Assembly: GCA_900088475.1 (NCBI GenBank)
Contig: FLMG01000941.1
Coordinates: 124,001-188,000 of the forward strand
Source of the DNA: Hyphochytrium catenoides
Taxonomy: Eukaryota; Protista; Hyphochytriomycota
Direction of reading: 5' to 3'
Length of the DNA: 64,000 nucleotides
Shown: piece after piece, positions 47,391-60,635 of the stretch
Numbering within the stretch: the first letter of the stretch is position 1
Layout of the letters: each line of letters begins with the position of its first letter
Notes under the pieces: model-generated
What the model saw: only the letters and a program-made list of their open reading frames with translations
Databases searched by the model: none
What the model was told of the DNA's origin: nothing
Position numbers and translations under genes: made by a program

Positions 47391-50281
47391 CTGCGATTTG
47401 TTAGCTGTGGGTTGGACACTTTCCCTAGCGCTCGGGAGATGGGTCGGCACGCTATCAGTTGCAAAGCTAAGCCACCACAAGTTCCTCTGCTCTCTTCTTC
47501 TTTTCCTGTTGCTGAGGATCAACACGGAGCTGTCCCTCTCCCCCAATCTACATCAGACAAAGAACAGAAAGGCGGGTCAGGAAAGAGACGTTCACGAGAG
47601 GTCAGGCAATCGTCTCTTCAATCCCATTCTTGCCCCTTCCTAGTGTCCTCGTCGGTCGTTCTTTCTCTCGCCCCTGCGGTGCGCAGCTCCCTACCATCAG
47701 CGTCTCCTCTTCTCCTTCCCCCCTTCCTCCCGGAGTCGCTCTCTCTCTTTCTCTCTCTCTCACCCTATTTAGTTCGCTCTCAATCTCTCTCTCCCTGTCT
47801 CCCTCTTTTGTCTCTCTCCGCCCTTTTCGCTGCTTCCTTGCGGTCTCCGTTAATCTCTCTCTCTGTCTTACGCTACGTCTTCATCTGGTCTCTTCTCCCT
47901 CTCCTTCTTACTCAAACTTCCGCTGCAGGTGCTAGGTTTGGCAGCAATGGAGGTATCGACGCCCACGGTGCAGACGCTGCTCAGTCCTCCGAAGAGACAT
48001 TCAGCTCTTTCATCACCTCTTCCATCCCCGTCTTCTCCTGCTTGCGCGCAGTCTCACTCTCTGTCTCCTGCCTGCGTGAAGGATGGGGGGACTGAGGCTT
48101 CAGAAAAGGAGAGAGACCCACCTGAAAATGGGGCGCAGAATAAACATTCAGAGCTAAGCAAAGATCAGGGCCAGCTTTCTGGCAATGCAGACAAAGCAGG
48201 AGAGACAGTGAGAAAGGAGAAAGAAAATTACGCAGGAGAGGGAGAGAAAGAAGGGCAAACTATGGAAACTTCAGGAAGAAGAGAGAAGGAAGGAGAAAGT
48301 AGAGCAGCGGAGGCACCGTGCATGCTACTTGAGCAACAAGGGCAGCCCACCGTTGCGAAGTCTTCTGAAGAGACAGGAATGCAGCTGAAAGAAGCTCTTC
48401 TTCCTCTTTCAAAGCCATCATCGCTGGTCCAGAAGGGGAACGATGAAGACAGAGAAGCAGCTTCATCTTTCTCTTCGGCCCCCGCCCCCGCCACCGCTCC
48501 TCTCTCAATCATACCTCCTTCTATCAGAACGGAGAGTCTGCCCAAAGAAGAGTCAAAAGAGAGTGTGAAGAAGGAGAGAGAAGATCTTGCTTCGAGCCAA
48601 GCCATGAGCACTGCGGCTGATGCGAAAGGAGAGAGAGTAGGAGAAAAAAGAGTCCAACAGGAAAGAGAGGCACCCGGAGGAATGACTTCTAACTCTTCTC
48701 TCCTTCCAGCAAAGACAGCAGATGTCACCGGTCTCTCTACGAGCTCATTGTCTTGCACAGAACAATGCTCCACTGTTCTGCCTGCTCTTCCGGTGACGGA
48801 GCTTTCTCTTTCTTTAGAGGAGATTGGCAGAAGGCAGAAGGAAGAAGAAAAGTCTCGAGAGGACAAGGAAAAAGAAGAAGAGGCTTCTTGTGAGCATCGA
48901 ATGCAGGAGAGCAAGCAGAGAATCAAGGAGTGGACTGTACAATTCATCAAGGAGAAAGGACGAAAGCCTGATGTGGAGGACAAGAACGAAGTGAGAGAAG
49001 CGTACGAGGCCTACCGCCGAGAGAGTGAGAGGCTCAAAGAGATAAGGGAGAGAAGAGAAAGGAGAAAACGGAACAGGGAACCAGAGGAACAGCAGCAAGG
49101 CAGTGCTATGAACTGCCAGAACCTCTCGCCTCCTTCTGCAGCCTCTTTAGCTCTCACAGAGAAAGAGACACAACCTCATTTTCAGCCCGTGGCATCCTCC
49201 GCGCCTCTTCACTTTCCTTCACTAGAGCATCCTCTCTCTTCCACATATCATCCCCCGGCTAGCGATGGGCCAAGCTCTCTCTCTTCTCAAATACCGTCCG
49301 AGCCCACTATTTCTTCCTCTCCTGCCCCGACTCCTCTCTCTTCATCCTCCCTTGCTTCTCTTTCTCTCTCTGCCCTGGAGGAGGAGAAGAAGCAATTGAA
49401 AGCATCAATCAAAGGCTGGATTGCGTCCTTCACTGCGACCCATGGCCGTCCTCCGTCAAATGAAGAGAAAGCGACGATCAAGCACCTGTACGTCGCCTTC
49501 AAACAGGTGGACGAGGAGTTAAAGAAGTTAGAGCAACAGGTATCTCTCTGGCTTCTTCCCCTCCGGCTTTCTGCTCTCCGTCTCACTCACCTCGCTGTTT
49601 CGGCCTCCTTCGCTTCCCTTTTTTGCTTCTCTTTCTTGCATGTCTCCGCCTTTTCTCCATTATTGGATTATGCTCCCTGTTGACTGACTCTCTTCTCTCC
49701 GTCTTCCTCTGTAATGCTCTCTCTCGTCTCTGTCTGACTCTCTCGTCTCCTTCGCTCTCTTTCGATGCGCCTCTTCAGGTGCAGTGGAGTCCTAGTTCTC
49801 AGGAATCTACAGGCCGCTCTGTCGCTCTCCATTCTGCGATATTGAGCGGTAATGTTCAAGCAGTGCAAGGACTGTTGGCGGCCTACGGAGTTCAAGGACA
49901 GGCGCTGAAGTCAGTCTGCCAAGGACTTTCTGTCACTTCTCCACGTGCTCTATCTATCATCCTATTCTCTCCCTCTCTTCACTCTCTCTTCTATCACCAT
50001 CTCTATCTGTATTCGCCTTTCTCACTTTTCTCACCCTTACCGTTTGTGCTGTCCTTTCTTCCAGAGTTTCCCTCATCCTGGTTAAGCTCACTTCTTCTCT
50101 AAGCCGATCCTTCTCCTCTCAATCTGGTCCTTCTCTTCTGCAGTCTGCTATATGCCACGGATGACCAGGGCCTCCAGCCTTTGCATATCGCAGCCTCCAC
50201 AGGCCAGGTCGGTTCTCTAACCCCTCAATTCTTGTCGGTCTGTCTCTCGTCTCCAACTCTCTTTCTCTCTCTCTCCCCTCC

Positions 50282-50312
<31 letters not shown>

Positions 50313-53242
50313 CTGTCTCCGTCTCTCTCTCTTTTCTCACTGTAACGCTATCGCGTTCCAGCTCTCTCTGTCTCTTTGGCTCTAACCTTCACACCCTCTC
50401 TCTCATGGGCTCCCTCTCCTCTCTGTGCCTTTCTGTCTTTTTTTTCCCTCTCTTTCGCTATCCTTCGCCCCCTCATCTCTCTCTTTGGCTCTAACCGCAC
50501 CCTCTCTGTGTCTCGATCTCTGTACTCTCCTTTGTCTCTTTCTCTCTATTCTTCGCACTAATGGCTTTCCCCCAAATATCTGCCATTCCCCCTCTCCTTT
50601 ACTCCTTTCATCCTTCTTCCCCCTGACATGCCGCAGACGGAGATGATCTCCTTGCTTCTCTCTTACCGGCCCAGTCCGAGCGCTGTCAGCAGCTGCGGAC
50701 AGACTCCTTTGGCCCTCGCTGCCTCTCTCGGTCATTTCAACGCCTTAGCCTTGCTGCTGGACTACAGTGCAGAGACAGTGAACCTCCAGATACACGGAGG
50801 AGAAGCCCGATCTTGGAACCTCAGCTAGATTTCCCTTAGCGTGCCTCCAGTAGTGCCTCTACCTTTGTTCCACGATATTGCCTTATCGTCCTCAGCCCAG
50901 GCCTCGCTTCCTTCTTCCTCGCCTCGCCCTTGCTGCATTGTTAGAGTTTCCGGGCCTTATTCTAGCAGTAGTGACGAGAGCTGTTCTTCCCGCTAGTTCA
51001 GTTTCCTTCTCCCCTCTTACTCGTTTCTCTTCTTCTCTGCGCGCTTCCTCTCGTCTTTCTCTTCTTAACTCTCTCCTCTCACCCGTTCTCTTTTTGTTCT
51101 CTGTCCATGTTCGCACTTTCTTTCTTTTCTTCTCCTTCTCTACCTATCTCGCTGGCGACACCTCTCTCTTTCTCTCTCTGCTTCTCTTTCTGCTTCTCTT
51201 CCATCTCCACTAGGACTTCAAAGGCGAATCGCCCCTTCACCTCGCAGTCCGCGCTGAAAGCGTAGAATGCACCCAACTGCTCATCGACTCCGGTGCAGAT
51301 CTCCACTCCTTGAACTCCGAAGGAAGCACTCCCGCCCATCTCTGCGGAAGTGTACACTGTCTAGCGCTCCTCTTCGATGCTGGAGCCGACCTTTTCCGGT
51401 AAGCGAGAGACGTCAACATGCAAGACAAAAATTGAGTTACTACGTACAGACAGAGAGGTGAAGATGGAGACAAGAAGAGAGAGACATAACCATGAGTTAA
51501 GATATAGAGAAGAGACAAAATAAGAGAGAGGAGAGAGACCGTCACAGCCATGAGTTAGTCCCAATGGAAGAGAGAGTCACAATTCAGAGCCACGGAAAGG
51601 GGAACTTGTCATGTGGCAAAAAACAACGAAAACGGCGGAGAAAGGGCGAGAGAAGCGTGTCGTGCTCATTTAGCTCTTCTTCGCAGTGTTCCCGCTTCTT
51701 CCTTCTCTTCTTTCTCTAACACCTTGGTCTTAGGCTTGATGGCTTGGGGCGCAGTCCTCTCTTCATCTATTGCATGCAAGGTAGACTGGAAGAGCTTTCT
51801 TTTCTTTGTGAAGTAGACCAGACGGGTGAGATGTGTGACTGGGCAGACCAAAGAGGAGATACGCCTCTGCATGCCTCGGCTTGCTATGGACATTTTGAAT
51901 GTCTTAGATTTTTGCTAGAGAACGCCGCTCGTCCTCTCTCTCTCAACAAACACGGGCTCAGTCCTAAGGATGTGGCCCAGCTCAATGGCCATAGAGATTG
52001 TGTGGGGATACTGCAGGAGTATGAAGCTTACCATCAGGGGACCAATGTCGGCGGGAAGGGAGAGATTATTCTCCCTCATTCCTCGTTCTCTCTCCTTCCG
52101 TCTGTGAACTCTTTCTCTCCAACGGCGCAAGGAGCAGCGAAGAAAGGAAGTCTGCAACGTCTTCCAAGCAACAAAACGATGGTCCTCCACGTCGCAAGTG
52201 CGTCTAGTATGGGTGCTTGGGAGCCTGTGTATGACAGAGCCTCTGCTAGAGTTTATTTCTATAACACGGTGACGGGAGAGACATCCTGGGTAATTCCTGG
52301 TCAGGAGAGAGAGGGGGAGAAGGAAAGCCATATAGAGCAACGGCATTCGTTCTCGGGAACTGAGCTGCATGGTCTGAGGCAAAGGCTTAGTTACCTAGCC
52401 CACCAGGTACGAAGGAGATATGGTCGTTGCGCTCTTGACGTGACCTTTTCTCCATGTCTTTCTTGCTCTTTCCTTCCGTTTGCACATTACCTGGGGCCCA
52501 ATGGTTCCTGCCTATCGTTCTCGAGGTTCAGTTGTCAAACTGAGTTCCTGCAGAAGTCCATAATGAGTCGTGCTCTAACTCTCTCTCTTCCTGCCTTCGC
52601 TCTATTTCTTTCTTCTCTTTCCTCCCATCAGCTGCGACTCAACAAGGACTACGCAATGATAGCATGGGAGTACGAGAGTCAGCGGCCATACAGAGAGCGC
52701 TCTTCCTCTATTCTCTGTGCCCTCTGTTTCTCGCAAGCGGTTGAAGATGTCTTCTTCCCCTGCGAGCACAAGTGTGTGTGTCGCTCTTGCTTGTTGAGAT
52801 ATAACATAGGACCACCTCTCAGGGGAGGAGAGAGAGAAGAAGCTCAGGTCAATAGCTACGGCGCTCAACGGTGGTCGTTTTGTCCTGTCTGCAACCAAGG
52901 TAGAAAGATGGCTGATGCCTCCCTCTTATTGACATAACTCTATGGCGAGCTTACGGCTAAAGTGTGAAGTCCTGTTCCTCTTTCTTCTTCCTTTTCTTTC
53001 CTTTCACCTGAAGCAATGTTCTCTCCTTTCGTTCTGAAGGCTAATGGCCCTCTAACATTCACCATTTCTGCTCTTGTTTACGTCCTTCAGTGATCAACAA
53101 GGTCTTAGACACCCCCCATGCCCTAGACAACCGGCCTCCACCTCCCAGATCTTCATTTTCAGATGACTTTCTCGTCAGATTCAAGGAAAGAGCTAAGGGA
53201 CTCCAGTTGGAGAAGCACAGAGAGGGTTCGACCCATGAATAG
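45367..53242 (+). CDS. Putative E3 ubiquitin ligase: C2HC finger, two helical repeats, ankyrin repeats, WW domain and C3HC4 RING (about 12 exons)
   Basis: C2HC CPRCGLDTFPSAREMGRHAISC. Ankyrins GLQPLHIAA, GQTPLALAA, GESPLHLAV, GSTPAH, GRSPLF and GDTPLHASA. WW WEPVYD..RVYFYNTVTGETSW. RING CALC..VFFPCEHKCVCRSC..CPVC. TAG at 53240-53242. The first exons and one splice donor are uncertain. Confidence 0.8.
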
Positions 53243-53414
53243 ACTAACTCCCAAGCGCAAGAGCCTAGCCGCAAGCGGCACCACCTCTAGCCCGCAGCCG
53301 TAGGGAAGGAGACGGCCCACTTATATATATATATACTCTCGGAACAAGTTGAAGGTAATGGAGAGCAAGGTGGTTGCGGGACAGAAGAAAAGAGCACAGT
53401 GATTAAGAAGACAA

Positions 53415-55893
53415 CTACACGGCCGGCTTCTTCCGGATAGGGCTCTTGCGGAACCTCTTCCACGTCAGCACGGCGCCAGCTGTAGCAAGAGCAAACCTAG
53501 GGAGTTCCATAGTGTTAGAGTGCAGATAAGCCTTTCTAGGAGGAGTCATTTTAAGGGGTAAAAAGAAGAAGGGGTACAAGAGAGAGAGGGAGAAGGGGAA
53601 GAGGACAAAAATAGTGACTGATGACACAAAGACCCCGAGCTTGCATTAGGGAGGGGATATAGAGAGTTGAACTTTTAGGAGGCGCGCGAGCTAGGAAGAT
53701 CCTCTCACCATGTGAGGGCATAGGTCAGGTGGGTGACTGGCATGACGTAGAAGTTGGTATAGTGGCTTGCGTTCTTCAGCAGAGGCCATGTCTTCGCAGG
53801 CTGAGTGCCGTCACCTGCAACAAGTGGGTGAGAAAGGTTAAGGGGCCACTCATATGAACGCAGAGACAAGATCGTTAAAAGGTTGACAAAAGTAACAGCA
53901 CCATCGCAGGCTAGGGGAACAGAACCACTAAGGAGAGGATATATTTATATACATGGAACACACCCACTAAGTAAACAGCTGAGGACAGAACAAGCGGATG
54001 AGAGGGAAAGACACACAGCTTCAAGCAAAGCAAGTAGAGACGAGGTGATACGTGTCAAAAGCAATGATAAGCGTCGAGCACGTACTAATTTCCTCAATGA
54101 GAAGTGGGAGATCTCCTTTGTCTTCGCTCCATTGTGCCAACGACTTTGCCAGCAATGGATAGTCTAACCAAAAAAAGTGACCTCGTCTTGGCTCATTCGG
54201 AGGAGAGAACGAGTTCGGCTAAACAGGAAGAAGAGTTACAATCTCTGGTAAGATACTGGCGACTTTCTCTGCTCTCGCGAGCCCCTCGATTCTCAGTTCG
54301 CCACTCACTTTTCCTGCTCTGGCCCTCTCGTCTTTGCACGCTTTCTCCACCCTCCCAGTTATACCCTTCTTTATTACTCATTCTAAAGTTCCTGCCCCCA
54401 TCTCACCTTCTCACCCTCTGCTATAACTCCGACGATTGAGACAGGTCGCCCAGCGGCTAGAGAGCTCTTCACCTCTTCTACCTGATCCTGAGGGACCCAG
54501 CCACGATTTACAATCACAATAGACCTGGAGGAGAAGAGGTTAGGAATATTTCATAGAGAAGATGGCTTAGGGGTTGATAGAGGAGAAGACGGGAAGGACG
54601 ACAGAAAGATGGAGAAAGACTCTTGGAAAAGGAGGGAACGAGGAGAGCACATGGAGAGAAAGAGAGAGAAAGAGAGAGAACGAGAGTAGCGGGAGGACCA
54701 CCAATAATAGACATAGAAGTAAAGTGCCAAAGGACAGACAGGAAAGAGCTAGTATAGATAAATTAGAGATAGAGGAACGCTTGAAGCAGATGTTACAGCG
54801 AGCAGGAGATGAAGAGAAGCAGACCCGTCATCTCTGAGAAATGGCTGATAGAGATAAACGCCCTGTGTGGGGCGGCTCATGTCTCCCCCTCCCCCTGGCC
54901 TCGGTGGGGCTGATCTTGGCCCTAGGGCGAGAGACAAGAGAGGACAATCAGCTGATTGCGAACACCCGTCTAATTTCTCCTTTAGTTGGAAAACCAGCGC
55001 AGATATGGGCTTGCTGGCTCGTTCGACGACAGTCAAGTAAAGGCAAGATAGCCAGCAGTGAATGAGCTGGTCAGCTTACGACAATGAACTGAGCAGAGGA
55101 GAGAGGAAGGAACGAGGATAGGAAGAGGAGAGAAAAACTTTCAGTGGAGAGAGCCAGTAAGAAGTTGAGGACAGACATGAGGGACTCTTGCTCTTTTTAC
55201 TAGATGTAAGGAAGCGAAGAAAGCCGTCGCACCTAGCTCAAAGGCAGGCCCAGGGATGAACTTCCCGCTAAGACGCACTTTGCGATGTCGCAGGCGTTCG
55301 CTTAGAGCACTTTGATCAGGGTAGAGTAGGGAAGAGACAATAGGAGAAGAGAAGGAGGAGAAGATGGGAGATAGGCATCACAACCGGGCAGCATAAGTAG
55401 TCAGGCTTCCACAGCTAGCGAGACAGAAAGACCTCAGCCAAATGGGCCTTAATGTTAGGAGTTGAAAGCCAAAGAGTATGTATGAGAACTGAGAAACAGA
55501 TCGAGATGCGTTTATAGGCACAACGTGCTAGAAAGCAGCAGGACTGAGAGGTTTTTCTAGGGAGACCGAAGACGAACAAGGAATAGACAGAAAGAGAGCC
55601 TCAGAATGTAGGAAAAGCGTCCGTCCTTGCCTATTATACGTGGCGCCTGCTGGGAGAGGGACGGGATCTGCTTGAAGACTTTCCTCTCTCTCCTTAATCA
55701 GTCCTTTCTTCCAAGAATAGCGCTGAAGTTGCCACGCTCCAAAACCTGCAGCTGTAAGGGCCTGCGACCACCGGAAGGTAAGAATGGTAGTACTATTTAG
55801 GTGATTAGAGGAAGAGAAAAGGAAGCGAAAGCAAGACCAAGACCAAGGCAAAAGGTAAGGAGACCATCACAAACGGGAGAGCGAGTGCGAGAT

Positions 55894-55950
<57 letters not shown>

Positions 55951-56265
55951 GGAGAGAGAGACGGACAGAGAGAGAAGTGGGGTTCTTCTGTCCGTGTATG
56001 AATGAGAGCGCATATAAATGGAGACTGTAGGCTCCCGTCAGCAGTAACCAGCACTCACGATGCTCGAAAAGACAACGGCGCCTAAGAGCCGTCCTCTCCC
56101 TCCTTCCTTGACTGGTTTCCTTTCCAGGTTTGCCTTTGTGGTCTCCCATCTTCTCCGGGCTGCATGGGAGCGACACAACGCAATGGGAGCCCGTCCAGAG
56201 GCATGCGACACAGGGAGCGAGAGGAGAGAAGCAGGCCTTGTTCTTATCGTGATTATTGCCATCAT
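53415..56265 (-). CDS. SURF1: SURF1/Shy1 cytochrome c oxidase assembly factor (8 exons)
   Basis: Motifs GFGAWQLQRYSWKKGLI, RKVRLSGKF..LGPRS, GVYLYQPF, IVNRGWVP, FSPPNEP..FFWLD and HLTYALTWFALA. All seven introns are GT-AG and in phase. Confidence 0.93.
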
Positions 56266-57847
56266 TGAATCTTTACATATGGCTCGCAGACGGGCCAAAC
56301 AGTATAGAGAAATAGTGTTCAAGGGGAAAGAGCTGAAGCTACTCAGAGAGGTCCTTATCCTCTACAAGAGCATGGTAGCATGAAAGAAGTTATTAGTAGT
56401 CTAAGAAGAGAAGGAAGGAAAGAGGCGGGAGAGAGAGGTACAGAGAGAGAGAGAGAGACAGAGAGAGAGGTGAAAAGAGAGAGAGAGAGAGACAGAGAGA
56501 GACCGAGACAGAGAGAAAAAGAGAGAGGCATATCTGACGATGAGAGCTCTAGAACTCTGCACGCTCCCTCCTATCCCGATGATGGATCACAGCCCCAGAA
56601 TCATACCTACAAATCACTTAGGAAATAATCAAGCTCTCAGTATGGACGTTACCAGCAACAAACCTCTCCTATCTAAGTACTTGCCATTACAATCACCTGG
56701 AGAGTGATACTATAAAAGCACTAGCAAATCAGGCCAGACTTGTTAAGTAGCAAGTAGTGTATTCGGCCACTGACGTCTCCGCTACATACTTGTAATTGGA
56801 CATGGGCCCCTCTAAGCCAGCCATCTGAGTGGATGGAGGTCACCGCCACGCCCAGACACGAGAGCGCCAGAGCCCTGACTGAGCTCCTGAGACAGATCTT
56901 CCCTTAACATCAATAGCAGAGCTTGCGGCGGTAGATCTGCATGGCCTCAAAACCTCGGATCAGATCGCATCTTACTGCCTGAAGCTTGAGACGTGGCAGA
57001 CCTGTATCTGCCTTGGGCTGAGATGCCGTAGACTGACATTGGCACTGTCGTAGGTACAGTTTGAGGTTCCGGGTAGAGTTTCATCACATCTACATTGCTT
57101 GCTCGAGCGACGTGGCGAGGGGACTACTTTGTGGCTGGGCTAGGATGCTATCTTCACGACTCAATCATCTGGCAAATGAGTAATTTGTTCTTCAAAGAGT
57201 CGTTGCGATAGCATTCTCCTTCTCTTCGAGGTCTTTGTGGCCTTTGAGTTTCTCGCATGATGCGGGGTCTTCCTGGACTCACCTTGTCATACATATCCTT
57301 AAAGAGGTTCGCTGGGTGACATCGTGCTTGGCTAAGCTATGATATGAAGCTGCCTTCAGGATCCCAATGAGGAACATAAAGTGACTGTACCAGACGCTCT
57401 CGGGCGCCTCTGACAGATCAATTCTGTGTTATCGTACTGAGGGATCAGCAGCACAAGGACTGGAAGCCTGTCCTATGCCAGTCGACGAGGTCTCCCCATC
57501 TACTTATGTATCGGTGGACGAGCTGCATCGCTATGTATTCATAAAAAAAATTACTATTCCAGACCGCACAGAGCTTATTTGTCTTTCTCGACCGTCGCTC
57601 TTGGCGAACCTTTCTCTTAACTCTGTCCCCTTACGTGGTTCCTTCTCTTCGTGCCTCGTCCTATTTCCTATTAGCACTGCATTTGCCTGTTTATGATAGT
57701 GCCAACGACGGAGAGATAGGAAATAGCATTTTACCCTGCGTGCAGGCAGGAGCGGCTTACTAATGGGCGTTAAATAATTCTATAATTTGCCACGACATCT
57801 TACAATGTGGTAGTTAGTGCTAAAGCGAGCGTCATAATTTGCATGCA

Positions 57848-59967
57848 TCAAGAGGGCCTTGAGGCTGGGCTCCTCATGATTAGAGGCGAACGAAGATGGA
57901 TCGAAGGACTACGAGAAAGCAGTCTTCGTGGCGGAACCCTCTCCTTGATCTCTCCTCTCCTATACCACTCTATCGTTCCAGCCACAAGCATCGCCAGCGC
58001 AACACAAAGCAGGTTTATATAGAGCAAGTTTCCCTCTGCTAGACTGTTCGAATAGTAGACCAGAGGACCTTGAAGGAGGTTGACAATGCTTCCCAGAGTG
58101 AAGCCCACGCCGATCAGTGTTCCAATGTTGGCCAGTCCAAAGGTTTTCGCGAAGAATGCAGAGATGCAAGCGTACAGGTATGCTCGAAAGCCTGTGAAGA
58201 TGAAGAAAGAAAATAGCTGTAGCGGCAGAGACGGGATGAGTTGCAGCGCATTGTAGACTACTCCCAGCCCATTGGTGATGTGCAGAGAGGGAACCAACCC
58301 CACGATGGCCAGGGTTCTCTCTATGACTGGGATAAAGAGAAAGCCTAGAGGGAGGATGATACCAAAGGCGTGCGTGTAGAAGTGTCCCTTCTGACCGTCT
58401 CCTAAGTTCTCCAAGAACTGGTTCTGAGTCCCGATGTAAACGTTGGCCCGCAGTATCTCCACACACATGTAGAAGAGAATGAAGCGAAATTGCATAGACT
58501 TCAGCTGATCAATGGCAGATCGCTCTGTGAGAGGGACTGGTCGCTCCTCCCGTTCTTTATCTCCTCGTCGAGCCCCGCGACCCACGATGAGCGGTGTGTC
58601 CTCTAGGTCTGAGGCGAAGAAACGCAAATAAGTGCCGAGGTCAAGCACATAAGAGTAGAGTTACTACTGCCGACAGAGAGGCATAGCAAGCATCCGTTCA
58701 AATAAATAAGAGAATAGGTGCCAATGCGTGTAACAACCACCTGAAATCAGCAAGAGAGAGGCCTTGAACAGTTCAAAGACTTGACGTCAAAGAGCAAGCA
58801 GACAAGAGAGTGAGAACAAAGGAGAAGAGAGAGAGAGGACAAAAAATCAGAGACGTTGACTTACCGCTTTCTTCTAGAAGATCTCCATCCACGGCTGTTA
58901 GATCCAAGTACTTCAGATTCCTTCCCCAGAGCACGAACAATACTCCATACAGAGCAAGACAGAGCAAGGCATAGCCGAAGAAAATATCTCTTCGAGGTAT
59001 GTCAAACGTCTGATTGATCACAAGGAAAACGAGAAAGACGGCGCTAGAAGCGTCAAAGAGACAGCTGGTCGCTGCCAGTACTCCATTCTGTATGGAGGGG
59101 ATCAGGAAAGACGAAGAGAAGCATGTCATCATTGTCATCTGTCCTCCAAGCGCTAGAAGACAATAAGAAGGGATAAAGAGATCCCATGCCGAAGAGTCGG
59201 AAATTGCCATCCCCAGAAGGCCCAGGAAGAGGAGGACACCGGCCCAGCCGATTGCCACCTAGCGAAGAGCGACCGAGAAAGAGAAAGGGGAGAGCGACAA
59301 ACAGAGAGGAAATAAAGGCAGAGCAAGGGCAAAGATGAGTGATGTCAAAGTTGAGGTCCAACGAAAGGGAGAAGAGCTCCTTGTAAGAGATGCTGTTAGA
59401 GAGCACCGACGGAGGAGGACTCAAGCGAAAAGAAGACGGGAGGATGCATCCAAACGAGCTGCGGACCTCCCCAGAAGAAACCTGTAACTTCTCTCCTCTC
59501 TCTGTCTCTCTCTGTCTCTCTCTCTCTGTCTCTCTCTCTCTCTTTCTGGCTCTCTCTCTCTTTCTGGCTCTCGCTCTCTTTCTGGCTCTCTCTCTCTCTC
59601 TCTCCCCCCCCCCCCCTTTCTTTCATTCTCTTAAGTGTAGCTTTCTATTCCTGCCCTGCCAAGCACAGGTCCCTTCTCTTGTTTACTATGTTCTGTCTCG
59701 TACCTGCGGCCCCACTCTATCCAAGAACAATCCCTCCGGCAGCGCCACCATGTTCACAGTGAAGGCTCCAAGAGTAAAGATGAGGTTAAAGGCATTCCCT
59801 TGCGCGAGACAGGAGCTCGCTCCCTCCGCACATCGTTCAGCATATTGTCCTTCTTTCTGAAGAAGGAGGAGGAGAGGAGACCATCCAAAGATGATGCCCG
59901 AGAAGAGAAGATCTGCCAGGAGAAGCAGGCAGACCAGCGCAATGGTCTCTGCTTTAGGTCCAGCCAT
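57848..59967 (-). CDS. MFS transporter, SLC43 (LAT3/LAT4)/FMP42 family, 3 exons
   Basis: Motifs LLFSGIIFGWSPLLLLLQKEGQY..C..C..Q..FNLIF, GLFLDRVGP, CLFDASSAVF, RANVYIGT, FRAYLYA and FGLANIGTLIG, with many hydrophobic helices. Confidence 0.88.
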
Positions 59968-60319
59968 GCTCTGGATGGCTGGACAATGACTCGATGAGGA
60001 AAAGAGAGAGCCACTTATGAGTCCTTGAGAAAGAGGAAAACAGAAGAAATGCAGAAGGGCGAGAGGAGCTCTCCCTTGGCACTCTCTCCTGCCCTCTCTC
60101 TCTATGTTACCACAGATACTCTCTTGTCTTTGGGCACACTTCCTGTTGCTTGTCAACTCGAGCGCTTCAATGTAGGAAGCTTGTGGTCGCTTCCCTATCA
60201 ACAGCGACCGCGGGTCAGAACTCTTGGCAATAGAGGATCCTCAGGTCACCTGCTCCTGCCTCTCTTCCACCTCTAACTCGATGGCTTCTCTTACTATTTT
60301 CACTCTCTTCCTCTATGTC

Positions 60320-60635
60320 TCTCCCCCTCTCTCTCTCTTTCTTTTTTTCTCTCTCTCTCTCTCTCTCTCTCCCTCTGTCTCTGTCTGTCTGTCTGCCTGC
60401 TCTCTCTGTCTGTCTCTCGCTCTCTGTCTTTTCTCTCCTTGTCTTTTCTCTCTCTCACATTCTGTCTGTCTCTCTTTCTCGCTCTCACATTCTGTCTCTC
60501 TCTCCCTCCCTCTGTCACTCTCACATTCTGTCTCTCTCTCTCTCTGTCTCGCGCTCTCTCTCTGTCTCGCGCTCTCTCTCTGTCTCGCGCTCTCTCTCTG
60601 TCTCGCGCTCTTTCTCTGTGTGTCTCCCTCTCTCG
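60320..60635 (+). repeat. Compound CT microsatellite/minisatellite
   Basis: ctcacattctgtct occurs three times and an 18-bp gcgctctctctctgtctc unit three times, embedded in (CT)n. Confidence 0.85.

Noticed and set aside
56750-57450. Possible retroelement remnant or pseudogene (AAG|gtgagt donor on the minus strand)
   Set aside because: I recognised no RT, integrase or transposase motif and found multiple stops.
60540-60610. Regular 18-bp repeats superficially like a CRISPR array
   Set aside because: There are no unique spacers; this is a CT-derived minisatellite in a eukaryotic genome.
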